A DNA stretch of 56,518 nt from Thermodesulfobacteriota bacterium (GTDB lineage Bacteria > Desulfobacterota > Desulfomonilia > UBA1062). Positions 26,002 to 34,930 of the stretch are shown here, one piece after another. The DNA is taken from positions 1 through 56,518 of the forward strand of contig JALOOZ010000012.1 of assembly GCA_025454155.1 (NCBI GenBank), written 5' to 3'. How positions within the stretch are numbered: position 1 is the first letter of the stretch; each line of letters begins with the position of its first letter. Both the position numbers and the translations under genes were made by a program. A model generated the notes under the pieces. It did not search any database, was not told the DNA's origin, and was given only the letters and a program-made list of their open reading frames with translations.

Positions 26002-27885
26002 CTACGGAACGTGTTTCAGCGCTTCCTTGGTCTTTTGTGCCTTTCTGATGCGCGCCAGCATGTACCTGGTCCGGGCACGGATATCAGTCCCTCTGCCCCC
26101 GAACCTCCAGGACAGGTATACCTTGAGGTATTCCCGGAAATCATCGCTCAGGTGGGGGTGTCGTCCAGCAACGATGGCCAGGTGCTCCTCGTGGGAAAGA
26201 TTCACGGGCAGATGGATTCCTTTGCGGCCGAACGCCCTGCGCACCTTCTCGTAAGGAGGAAGCAGCATGCCCCTGATGAAAATGATGAGGAAGAGGACCG
26301 TGGCACCTGACCCGAGGAGCACCAGTGCATGGGAGGTCATGTTCTCCACCTGCCTTGCAATCCGGGGGGCTGAGGTGAAGATGCGGCCGGCGGCATGGAT
26401 CTGATCGTCCAGGGAATACTCGATCACCCATCTGATCCAGCGGAAACGAAATTCGTCGAGAAGGTGGAAACGCGACCGCGTGGATGAAAGCCCAGGGGGT
26501 GTCGCATCGATGGTGTGCCATGTCACATCCCAGTATTCCACCCACGCGTGGGCATCCGAGACCCGGACGATGTAGTATTGGCCGTTCTTATTGAACTCGG
26601 TCACGAGGAAGCCTGTGACTACCCGGGAGGGAATCCCGCAACCCCTTATCATGGTGGCCAGGGCCGCGGCGAAGTGTTCGCAGGAACCCTTCCTGCCGGA
26701 GAGAACGAACCATTCGATGCCGTATCTCCCGGGAGGGATGTCCTGGCGGTCGAGGGAATAGCCGTACTGCGTCATCAGGAACCGGGCTATCCTCTCGACG
26801 CGCTTCCGGGGCATACCCTCCCCTGCAACACGAAGCCCGAGAGCGGCGACAGGGGAAAGGACCCGGGGGATGTCCGTCCTTCCCGGACCGGAGGGCCCGG
26901 CGACCCGGCTCACCCAGAGGTCATACCTGGGGGGAGGCTCTGCAACCCAGTAGAGGTTTGCCCCTCTGAACAGGCCGAGTCTGGGGGAGATGTCATGGAA
27001 CAAGTAGGGGTAAAAGACATTCTCCGATCGGAGAGATGTGGTATAGATGGTCAGCCGGTCGGTGACCCTGTTGGAGACCGGAGCCACCGAGCCCCTCGTC
27101 TCCTGCTTGAAAAATCCGTCCGGCGCTATCCCTTCGAGACGCGCCCCGGAGAGGTAGAAGCTTTCTGGAGGGTTGCCCGAAGTCCAGAGGACCCTCATGA
27201 CAATGGCATCATTGTCGCTGGCCCTCCCGGAGGATTTCAGGTCCACACCCTCGGAGAAGGCAAAACGGTTCTGCCGGGCAACGGTCTGCTGGAATAGCGA
27301 CGAGGCGGGCCTGGGGAGCACATAGAAGAGCATGCTCGCGGTCAGGATGATCCCGAGGAATACGGCGGCCCAGTGCTGGGAAGGTACCCCGTGCCGCGAT
27401 GATGGGGGGGAGAAGGAATGGGCATCGAGGGCGTGCAGGGTCATGGGGACGAGGAAAACCATCAGGGAAAGGCCAACGAGGAACAGCGGACTTACGGTGA
27501 AGATGGTGGCGAGCATGCACTGCGAGAAAGATATCCCGACGATCTGATACATCTCCCGCGGTGTTTTCCTCATGAAAAGCCTGGTCAAGGCAAGCATCAG
27601 GATGAAGTCCCTCAGGGCGGGCACCACGCCATCGCTTCCGGACTGGGAGATCCGCCAGGCCTCAAAGGCCACAGCCGCGGCAAGGATGCCCAGCGCAGGC
27701 AGCTTTCCGATGAGTTCACGGTCGAAATATCTCAGCCATACGATAAGGTGAAGGGCTGCGAGCACGAGGAAGATGCCCCAGTGGAGAAGATTCGAGAGGC
27801 TCAGGCAGAGCATCCCGGCTGCGGAGGTGCACACGCTCAGCAGCTTCAGCCTATCCGGCATGTCAGATGGAGATGATCTGGGCAT
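26002..27885 (-). CDS. Transglutaminase-like membrane protein (TgpA-like: multi-TM N-domain plus transglutaminase core)
   Basis: 627 aa with several N-terminal TM helices and a Cys-His-Asp core (...GSCEHFAAALATMIRGCGIPSRVVTGF...VSDAHAWVEYWD...). An alternative ATG at 27861 lies 1 nt after the DUF58 stop. Confidence 0.8.
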   Translation of the reverse strand: MPRSSPSDMPDRLKLLSVCTSAAGMLCLSLSNLLHWGIFLVLAALHLIVWLRYFDRELIGKLPALGILAAAVAFEAWRISQSGSDGVVPALRDFILMLALTRLFMRKTPREMYQIVGISFSQCMLATIFTVSPLFLVGLSLMVFLVPMTLHALDAHSFSPPSSRHGVPSQHWAAVFLGIILTASMLFYVLPRPASSLFQQTVARQNRFAFSEGVDLKSSGRASDNDAIVMRVLWTSGNPPESFYLSGARLEGIAPDGFFKQETRGSVAPVSNRVTDRLTIYTTSLRSENVFYPYLFHDISPRLGLFRGANLYWVAEPPPRYDLWVSRVAGPSGPGRTDIPRVLSPVAALGLRVAGEGMPRKRVERIARFLMTQYGYSLDRQDIPPGRYGIEWFVLSGRKGSCEHFAAALATMIRGCGIPSRVVTGFLVTEFNKNGQYYIVRVSDAHAWVEYWDVTWHTIDATPPGLSSTRSRFHLLDEFRFRWIRWVIEYSLDDQIHAAGRIFTSAPRIARQVENMTSHALVLLGSGATVLFLIIFIRGMLLPPYEKVRRAFGRKGIHLPVNLSHEEHLAIVAGRHPHLSDDFREYLKVYLSWRFGGRGTDIRARTRYMLARIRKAQKTKEALKHVP

Positions 27886-28786
27886 CTTGGGGTATGGCCT
27901 CCATGGAGGGCTGGCCTATCCGTTCGGCTTGGGCCAGTTGCGTGAGGATCCGGATCTTGTGCTCCCGGGAAAGCGCTATGCCGCTGTAGTACCCGGAGAG
28001 GAGAAGTCCGAAGGGTCTTCCCAGGCGGTGAAGTTCCGCAATGGTGTAGGTCGCATATGACAGCTTCGTCTCCATGTCGGGGCCGGGGAGAACGACCACC
28101 AGACCGCTCATGCCCGCGCCTCCTTCGAATACGCGCGAGATGAGGCCCAGGTGCTGCTTTTTCCACACGACCGAGGAAAGCGGATCGCCCGGGACATAGG
28201 GGCGGACGTGGGAGATGGAGTCCTGCGCTTTCCCGCCACCCGAATCCTGCGAGCCCGATGAGGGCGGCGGTGCGTAGGCCAGCGGGCATGGGAACACGAT
28301 GAACTCTGTTCCGGCAGAAAAGGTGATGGATTTCTCGAAGAGGCCATACGGATAGGTCGTGGACACGATGATATCACCGAGGGTTTCCCTTCCCCTCCTG
28401 GGAAAGGAGATGTCAGCATGCAGAAGGAGGGGATCTCCCCGAGGCAGCGCAACGATCTTCATGACCGACCGGTCGTTGAGCAGGAGCCGTGAAGAAGCCG
28501 TACGCCTGTTCCTCACGAGATAGCCGATCCTGGCAGGGATTCCTGCATGGATCTCAGATGGGAGGAGCCTGTCGAGTTCGAGGTATCGCAGGTTCAGCTC
28601 GGATTCGATGCCCGAGACGATCATGAATGCCAGCATGCCCGCGAGGATCAGGTAGAGGAGGTTGTTCCCGGTTGCCAGTGAGATGACGATGATGCAGATG
28701 AGGAAAGAGAAGAAGATCCTTCCCGCCCTGGTGAGACGGAAACCCCGGGGGGGCTTGAGGTATTTAAAGAGGGAGCTCAACCTCAT
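27863..28786 (-). CDS. DUF58 domain protein
   Basis: ORF 27863-28819 with two N-terminal TM helices and the DUF58 signature ...HVRPYVPGDPLSSVVWKK... The start is at 28786 or 28819; both overlap the moxR 3' end. Confidence 0.8.
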   Translation of the reverse strand: MRLSSLFKYLKPPRGFRLTRAGRIFFSFLICIIVISLATGNNLLYLILAGMLAFMIVSGIESELNLRYLELDRLLPSEIHAGIPARIGYLVRNRRTASSRLLLNDRSVMKIVALPRGDPLLLHADISFPRRGRETLGDIIVSTTYPYGLFEKSITFSAGTEFIVFPCPLAYAPPPSSGSQDSGGGKAQDSISHVRPYVPGDPLSSVVWKKQHLGLISRVFEGGAGMSGLVVVLPGPDMETKLSYATYTIAELHRLGRPFGLLLSGYYSGIALSREHKIRILTQLAQAERIGQPSMEAIPQDAQIISI

Positions 28787-29690
28787 CGAGTATGGTCTCA
28801 AGAATGCCGCCGGAGGCACCGTTCTTGGAGATGATCCGATGGTCCAGCACGGATGGTGCCATGTTCCTGATATCTCCGGGGGTTACGAAATCCCTGCCTT
28901 CAAGAAACGCCCAGGCCTGAGAGGCCCTCTTCAAGGCGAGGCCTCCACGGGGAGACACGCCGAGCTCTATGTGGGGATGTACCCTGGTTGCACGCACGAT
29001 CCGGGCGATGTAGGAGAGGATCTCAGGGTGGACCTTGACCGCCGAGGCGGCCTCGATGAGGGAAAGAAGTTCTTGACGGTCCATGATCGGGGTGAGCTTC
29101 AGTGCATCGGAATGATCGATATCCTTTCTGAGGATTTCGGTCTCCTCATCCAGGGGAGGATAGCCCACCTTCACCTTGAAAAGAAAGCGGTCGAGCTGGC
29201 TTTCCGGAAGGGGAAAAGTCCCCACCACCTCGGCCGGATTCTGCGTGGCTATCACCATGAATGGTTCGGGCAGCCTGTAGGTGATCCCGTCTATGGTGAC
29301 CTGGGCCTCCTCCATGGCCTCGAGCAGGGCGGACTGGGTCTTGGGGGACGTCCTGTTGATCTCGTCCGCCAGGACGATGCTTGCGAAGACGGGGCCCTTC
29401 ACCATATCCAGAGAAGCCGAACCGCTCCTGAAGGTGTGGAAGCCTGTCACGTCGGATGGCAGCATGTCGTTGGTGAACTGTATCCGCTTGAAGCTCAGAT
29501 GCAGGAGCTGGGCAAGGGAGATGGCGATCAGCGTCTTGCCGACACCCGGGACACCTTCGAGGAGTACATGGCCGCCCGACAGGAGAGCTGCCAGGACGCA
29601 CTTGAGCACGTCGTCCTGACCGAGGTAGACATCATGCATTCTGATTATGATGTCGCGGATCTTTTGCGAGCTGTCCATGACGCTGCTCAT
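28764..29690 (-). CDS. MoxR-family AAA+ ATPase
   Basis: ORF 28764-29762 with Walker A (GHVLLEGVPGVGKT), Walker B and sensor (...VLADEINRTSPKTQSALLEAMEEAQVTIDG...) and the AAA_lid (...GVSPRGGLAL...). The start is probably MSSVMDSS (29690 or 29678). Confidence 0.9.
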   Translation of the reverse strand: MSSVMDSSQKIRDIIIRMHDVYLGQDDVLKCVLAALLSGGHVLLEGVPGVGKTLIAISLAQLLHLSFKRIQFTNDMLPSDVTGFHTFRSGSASLDMVKGPVFASIVLADEINRTSPKTQSALLEAMEEAQVTIDGITYRLPEPFMVIATQNPAEVVGTFPLPESQLDRFLFKVKVGYPPLDEETEILRKDIDHSDALKLTPIMDRQELLSLIEAASAVKVHPEILSYIARIVRATRVHPHIELGVSPRGGLALKRASQAWAFLEGRDFVTPGDIRNMAPSVLDHRIISKNGASGGILETILDEVELPL

Positions 29691-29821
29691 CCTTTCAGAT
29701 GCCCTATCGGTATTCCCGGTATCTTTGTATGAGACGGGGGCATTTTTTTCAAGGTATAGCATGAACGGACCGGATTCAAGTATTCACTTGTATTTTCCGA
29801 TGTTCACCGTGAAGGTTGATC

Positions 29822-32077
29822 ATGGCTGACATGCGCTATAGGCAGATCCTTGAAGACATGGAAGAGGGATATTATGAAATTGACCTCAACGGGACCTTCA
29901 CCTTTGTCAACAAGATCGTCTGTGACATAGCCGAGGCAGCCAGAGAAGAACTCATCGGGATGAACTACGGTGATTACACCAGCAAGGCGACGGCGAGGCG
30001 TGTGTTCAAGACCTTCAATAAGGTGTTCGAGACGGGCTTCCCCCAGAGGATCGAGTATGAGATCATCCTGAAGAGCACCAAACGCAAGATCTTAGAGAAT
30101 TCCGTCAGTCTCCTTCGGGATAACGAAAACAACATCAAGGGATTCTGTGGGCTCGTAAGCGACATCACCAGGCGCAAGCGCCTGCAGGAACAGCTCAGGG
30201 AAAACCGGGAGCGTTTCGAGGCGCTCTTCGAAAATGCCAACGAGCTCATCATCACCACCGATGCCTATGGATACATCCGGAGAATGAACAAGAAGGTGGA
30301 GGAGATTTCCGGCTACAGCAGGAGTTTCCTCATAGGGAAGAGCATCCTGGTCATAGCCCACCCGGACGACCGGCCCCTCTATATCGACTTCTGGAAGCAG
30401 CTTCTGGAGGGGAACACACCTCGACTCGAACTCAGGGCCGTGGCAAAAGACGGTTCCGTCGTCTGGCTTCTTGCGAGCGGAAGTGCCATCAGCAAGGGCG
30501 GCACCATCATCGAGGTGCAGTATAACGCCCAGGAGATATCATCCCTGAAAAAGGCCCAGCAGACCATTGTGGACCTGAAGAACCACCTGAGCAGCATCTT
30601 TGAGTCGAGTCCCAACATGATCGTATGCATGGACAGGGACGGGAAGGTCCTCATGGCCAATCCCGTCACCGAGCGCATATTCCACAAGCCTGCAGCCGTC
30701 ATTGTGGGCAGGGACCTCTCCTCATTGAGCCCCCCAATGGCGTCGTACCGGAAGATAATACAGCATGTCCAGCGGGAGGGGGTCCCGCAGTTCATCCACG
30801 AGGCAATTCTCTCCGATCTGAACGATCATGTATTCGACGTGCACATCTATCCCCTCATGGATGCGACCCTCGGCGGGGTCGTGTTCACGGCCGTGGACAT
30901 CTCTGAAAAGAAGCATATGGAGCTCCAGCTCATCCATGCGCAGAAGATGGAGACCATTGGCGAGCTCGCGGGGGGTGTCGCCCATGACTTCAACAACATC
31001 CTCACCGGCATCACGGGCAACATCTCCATGCTCAGGTACACCACCGACGAGGACAAGAGGGAGCGATATCTCAGCACCCTTGAGAGCATAACGGAGCGCG
31101 CAAGGGATCTCACCCGTCAGATGCTCGCCTTCACCAAGAGGAACGAGGGAAAACCCGAGTCCATTTCCATCCGGGAGGCCATCGGGGAGGTCATAGACAT
31201 ATCTGTCAAATCGATCCCCAAGAAGATCAAGATCAACTACAATACATCGGGGAAGGACTACCGGGTATTCATCGACCATACGCACCTCATCCAGGTGCTG
31301 CTGAACCTCATCGTCAACGCCAAGGACGCCATCGGCGACAAGCTCGATGGTCTCATATCGGTCTCCGTCAACCCCTTTGTCATAGACAAGGACACCAGGA
31401 GGCAGTACCTTCTCGGTTCCATCGGGAGATATGTGCGTATCGATGTCTCTGACAACGGTGCAGGCATGAGGATGGACATCCTGCCCAAGATATTCGACCC
31501 CTTCTACAGCACCAAGCAGAAGGGTCCGGACAAGGGTACCGGTCTCGGCCTTTCCATTGCCTACAACATCGTCAAGAACGCGGGCGGGAGCATACAGGTC
31601 AGCTCCGTGGAGGGGAAAGGGTCGATCTTCAGCGTATTTCTTCCCCTGTCCAAATCAAAGGCGAAGGCAAGGGACGCCATCGGGAGAATCACCCGGAGCA
31701 CAGCCAGGAACAGGGCGCGTATCCTGATAGTCGATGACGAGGCCATGCTCAGAGATATCGGAAAGGAAATGCTCTGCCTGCTGGGCCACACGGTGGAAAC
31801 GGCATCCAACGGCCATGAATGCATTGAGATACTCAAGAACAACCAGAAAGGCTTCGATCTCATCATCCTGGACATGATCATGCCTGAAATGGACGGGTAC
31901 CACACCCTCCTGGAGATGCAGAAACTGGGCATAGACGCCCGTGTTGTCATTTCGTCGGGATTTTCCTTTGAGCACGAAAAGGATGATTTTCTCTCCAACC
32001 CTCTCATTGTTGCCCGCCTGAACAAACCCTTCAATCTCAATGAACTGTCCCAGATCATCGATGAATCCCTCCTGTAG
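29822..32077 (+). CDS. Hybrid sensor histidine kinase/response regulator with multiple PAS domains
   Basis: ORF 29816-32077 with three PAS-like modules, an H-box (ELAGGVAHDFNNILTGITGNISML), HATPase_c (...DNGAGM...GTGLGLSIAYNIVKNAGG...) and a C-terminal REC (RILIVDDEAMLR...DLIILDMIMPEMDG). Confidence 0.85.
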   Translation: MADMRYRQILEDMEEGYYEIDLNGTFTFVNKIVCDIAEAAREELIGMNYGDYTSKATARRVFKTFNKVFETGFPQRIEYEIILKSTKRKILENSVSLLRDNENNIKGFCGLVSDITRRKRLQEQLRENRERFEALFENANELIITTDAYGYIRRMNKKVEEISGYSRSFLIGKSILVIAHPDDRPLYIDFWKQLLEGNTPRLELRAVAKDGSVVWLLASGSAISKGGTIIEVQYNAQEISSLKKAQQTIVDLKNHLSSIFESSPNMIVCMDRDGKVLMANPVTERIFHKPAAVIVGRDLSSLSPPMASYRKIIQHVQREGVPQFIHEAILSDLNDHVFDVHIYPLMDATLGGVVFTAVDISEKKHMELQLIHAQKMETIGELAGGVAHDFNNILTGITGNISMLRYTTDEDKRERYLSTLESITERARDLTRQMLAFTKRNEGKPESISIREAIGEVIDISVKSIPKKIKINYNTSGKDYRVFIDHTHLIQVLLNLIVNAKDAIGDKLDGLISVSVNPFVIDKDTRRQYLLGSIGRYVRIDVSDNGAGMRMDILPKIFDPFYSTKQKGPDKGTGLGLSIAYNIVKNAGGSIQVSSVEGKGSIFSVFLPLSKSKAKARDAIGRITRSTARNRARILIVDDEAMLRDIGKEMLCLLGHTVETASNGHECIEILKNNQKGFDLIILDMIMPEMDGYHTLLEMQKLGIDARVVISSGFSFEHEKDDFLSNPLIVARLNKPFNLNELSQIIDESLL

Positions 32078-32089
32078 GGGACTGCACGG

Positions 32090-33544
32090 ATGCGGGGAAG
32101 AAAGGGCCGGGCCCTTATTCCTCCGCTCAATTTCATTCTCCTTCCTGCCGATACTATCCTTGTTCAGGCAGTACACCCTGTCCGGAAGGGCAGTGAATTC
32201 ATCCATGCCGACGACAGGGCAAAGGTCATCGAGCGGTGGAAGGAGAGCCTCAAGGAACAGAAGGAGGTGAACTACGACCTCCGCATGTCATCCTCCAGCG
32301 GTCATGTCATGTATTTCCTCATCAGCGGCAGGCCCATAATCAGGGAAGGCAGGGTCGTCCTGTTCCATTACCAGGCCCTTGACATCATCGACCATAAGGT
32401 ACAGGAGCAGAATCTCATAGCAACGGCGAGCGCCGAGGTCCTCGCCCAGATAGCCGGTGGTTTCGCCCATGACTTCAACAACCTGCTCACGGTCATCAAC
32501 GGATATTCGGAGATCCTGAAGATGTCCATCGAGGAGAACAACCCCCTTCGCCACAAGGTGAATCAGATATGTGAAGCCGGGAAACAGGCCTCTGTCATCA
32601 CCAGGAGGATGCTCGAGTTCAGCAGGAAGAACAGGGCCGAGGCGAAACTAGTTGATTTCAATGTAGAAATATCCAACCAGGAAGGCATCATCAGGCACAT
32701 CATCGGTGAAAACGTCGCGATCAGCTTCGCGAAGTCCCCGGCGGTGGGGAAGGTCATGATCGAACCGTCCCGTCTTGCCACGCTCCTGGTCAACCTCACG
32801 GTCAACGCCAAGGAAGCGATGCCCAGGGGCGGTGAGATAACCATCGGCACCGAAGTGCATGACGTCAATGCAACCAACGAGCAGGCCCATGCGCAGGTAC
32901 CCCATGGCAGGTACGTACATCTGACCGTACAGGATAACGGCGAAGGCATGCCGGAGGACGTGCGCAGGCAGATCTTCGATCCCTTTTTCACCACCCGAGA
33001 GGGCGGCAAAGGGATCGGTCTGTGGACGGTGCAGAACATCGTCCATGCGGCCCATGGACACATCTTCGTCACATCCGCACCGGGATCCGGTTCGACCTTT
33101 TCGATCCTGTTTCCCATGGCGGCCGCCGCGGCGGCGGGTGAATCCGCCGCCATGAAGGGGACCGCTGCAGGTGGGGAATCCGCAGGGTCAATTACCATCC
33201 TCATCGTCGAGGATGACGATGTCGTCCGTGACCTGGTCAACGAGGTGCTCAGGAAGCAGGGCCACGTGACCCTTTCTGCCCGGAACGGAGGGGACGCACT
33301 CCAGATGGCCCGTCAGTTCGAGGGGCATGTAGATCTCCTTATCACCGACATGGTCATGCGGAGGATAGACGGCAAGATGCTCTCGAGGAAGATGAAATCA
33401 ATCTGGCCGCATATCAAGGTGATGTTCATGTCGGGCTACGGGGGGGAGATTCTGGACGGGGATCTCAAGGGGAGCGTTTTCCTCCAGAAACCGTTCCTGC
33501 CCCAGGACCTCATCGACAAGGTCAGGGACGTATTCCTGGGATGA
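32090..33544 (+). CDS. Hybrid sensor histidine kinase/response regulator (PAS-HisKA-HATPase-REC)
   Basis: 484 aa with an H-box (QIAGGFAHDFNNLLTVINGYSEIL), HATPase_c (...DNGEGMPED...GIGLWTVQNIV...) and REC (ILIVEDDDVVRD...DLLITDMVMRRIDG). The start is uncertain. Confidence 0.8.
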   Translation: MRGRKGRALIPPLNFILLPADTILVQAVHPVRKGSEFIHADDRAKVIERWKESLKEQKEVNYDLRMSSSSGHVMYFLISGRPIIREGRVVLFHYQALDIIDHKVQEQNLIATASAEVLAQIAGGFAHDFNNLLTVINGYSEILKMSIEENNPLRHKVNQICEAGKQASVITRRMLEFSRKNRAEAKLVDFNVEISNQEGIIRHIIGENVAISFAKSPAVGKVMIEPSRLATLLVNLTVNAKEAMPRGGEITIGTEVHDVNATNEQAHAQVPHGRYVHLTVQDNGEGMPEDVRRQIFDPFFTTREGGKGIGLWTVQNIVHAAHGHIFVTSAPGSGSTFSILFPMAAAAAAGESAAMKGTAAGGESAGSITILIVEDDDVVRDLVNEVLRKQGHVTLSARNGGDALQMARQFEGHVDLLITDMVMRRIDGKMLSRKMKSIWPHIKVMFMSGYGGEILDGDLKGSVFLQKPFLPQDLIDKVRDVFLG

Positions 33545-33553
33545 AAGAAAATC

Positions 33554-34243
33554 CTATCGGGTTATGCACCTGGACACAAGAGCGTGGAGATCCGTCACGA
33601 GCCTTTTGATCACTTCGTCCGGCAGGGTTTTTTTCATCGTGTAGTCCTTGTCCACGTGCTTCGAGGGAACAAACTTCTGCAGCACATACAGCGAAGCACC
33701 CTCGATCATCCTGCCTATGCTCAGCACGTCGTCGGGCTCCAGGAGAGAACCCGCCAGGGTGGTGCGGAACTCATGGAGGATGCCGGATTTCCTGACGAGA
33801 TCGATGCTGTCCTTTATGTGGGTTATGTTCACCAGTGACCCTGCGACAAGGGAGTACTTGTCCCAGGGTGCCTTGATGTCCATGGCGATATAATCGAGCA
33901 GGCCCTTGTCGAGGGCCTCACGCAGAAACTGTGGCCGGGATCCGTTGGAATCGAGCTTCAGGGCATACCCCATGGCCTTGATGCGCTGCATGAACGGTAT
34001 GAGCTTTGCCTGGAGGGTTGGCTCCCCCCCGGTGATGACCACGGCATCGAGCTTGCCCCTTCTCTTGTCGAGGAAGGAGAACACGTCTTCCACCCGGATG
34101 GTCCCGCAGTAGCGTTCGGGGATGACGAGTTCGGGATTGTGGCAATAGGGGCAGCGGAAATTGCAGCCCTGGGTGAATACGATGGCACTGATCTTGCCCG
34201 GATAGTCTATAAAGGATGTCTTCTGGACATAGGCTATCTTCAC
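33554..34243 (-). CDS. nrdG: Anaerobic ribonucleoside-triphosphate reductase activating protein (radical SAM)
   Basis: 229 aa: MKIAYVQKTSFIDYPGKISAIVFTQGCNFRCPYCHNPELV... (CxxxCxxC) and ...VVITGGEPTLQ... Confidence 0.88.
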   Translation of the reverse strand: MKIAYVQKTSFIDYPGKISAIVFTQGCNFRCPYCHNPELVIPERYCGTIRVEDVFSFLDKRRGKLDAVVITGGEPTLQAKLIPFMQRIKAMGYALKLDSNGSRPQFLREALDKGLLDYIAMDIKAPWDKYSLVAGSLVNITHIKDSIDLVRKSGILHEFRTTLAGSLLEPDDVLSIGRMIEGASLYVLQKFVPSKHVDKDYTMKKTLPDEVIKRLVTDLHALVSRCITR

Positions 34244-34477
34244 GACGCGTCCGTTCCCATCATGCCGTCATCTGAGAGCTCGTCATGCATGATGGGAGAA
34301 AATGCCCTACGGGGAAGACCCCTGTCAATGAAATCCTTGGCCACGGCGCATGATCGGCTTGATTTGTCAGGAGATACCATACATAATGCCGACGTATATG
34401 AAGACGGCGATGTGTTCATCAACCAGGACATGGGGCGGCAGCAGGTTGCACGTGAGAAAGGAGCGAGAGTACCCATC

Positions 34478-34861
34478 ATGGCAAAGACACGGATTCTGAT
34501 AATGGATGACGAGGAGTTGATCCTCGATGTCGTGAGCAGCATGCTGGAATACCTCGGTTACGAGGTCGAGCTTTCCAAGAACGGCCAGGAGGCGCTTGAA
34601 AAATACCAGGCATCCATGCAGGCAGGCACCCCCATAGGAGTGGTGATCATGGACCTCACCATCCCCGGAGGGCGGGGAGGCAAAGATGTGATCAAGGATC
34701 TCATGGCCCTGGATCCGAAGGTTCGTGCCATTGTCTCGAGCGGATACTCCAATGACCCCATCATGGCGAACTGCACGGAATATGGATTCAAGGGGGTCGT
34801 GAACAAGCCCTTCAAGATGGACGACCTTCGCGACGCCCTGGAACAGGCATTGAAGGCCTGA
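34478..34861 (+). CDS. Single-domain (CheY-like) response regulator
   Basis: Lies within ORF 34139-34861. ATG 34478 is preceded by gagaaaggag. It reads MAKTRILIMDDEELILDVV...VVIMDLTIPGGRGG...SSGYS...KPF... Confidence 0.85.
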   Translation: MAKTRILIMDDEELILDVVSSMLEYLGYEVELSKNGQEALEKYQASMQAGTPIGVVIMDLTIPGGRGGKDVIKDLMALDPKVRAIVSSGYSNDPIMANCTEYGFKGVVNKPFKMDDLRDALEQALKA

Positions 34862-34930
34862 AGGCCAACCCCTTTACCGCTTCCCGGCACCAGGCCGCGG
34901 TCACGTACCCGCCCCCGGTGTACCTGTCTC

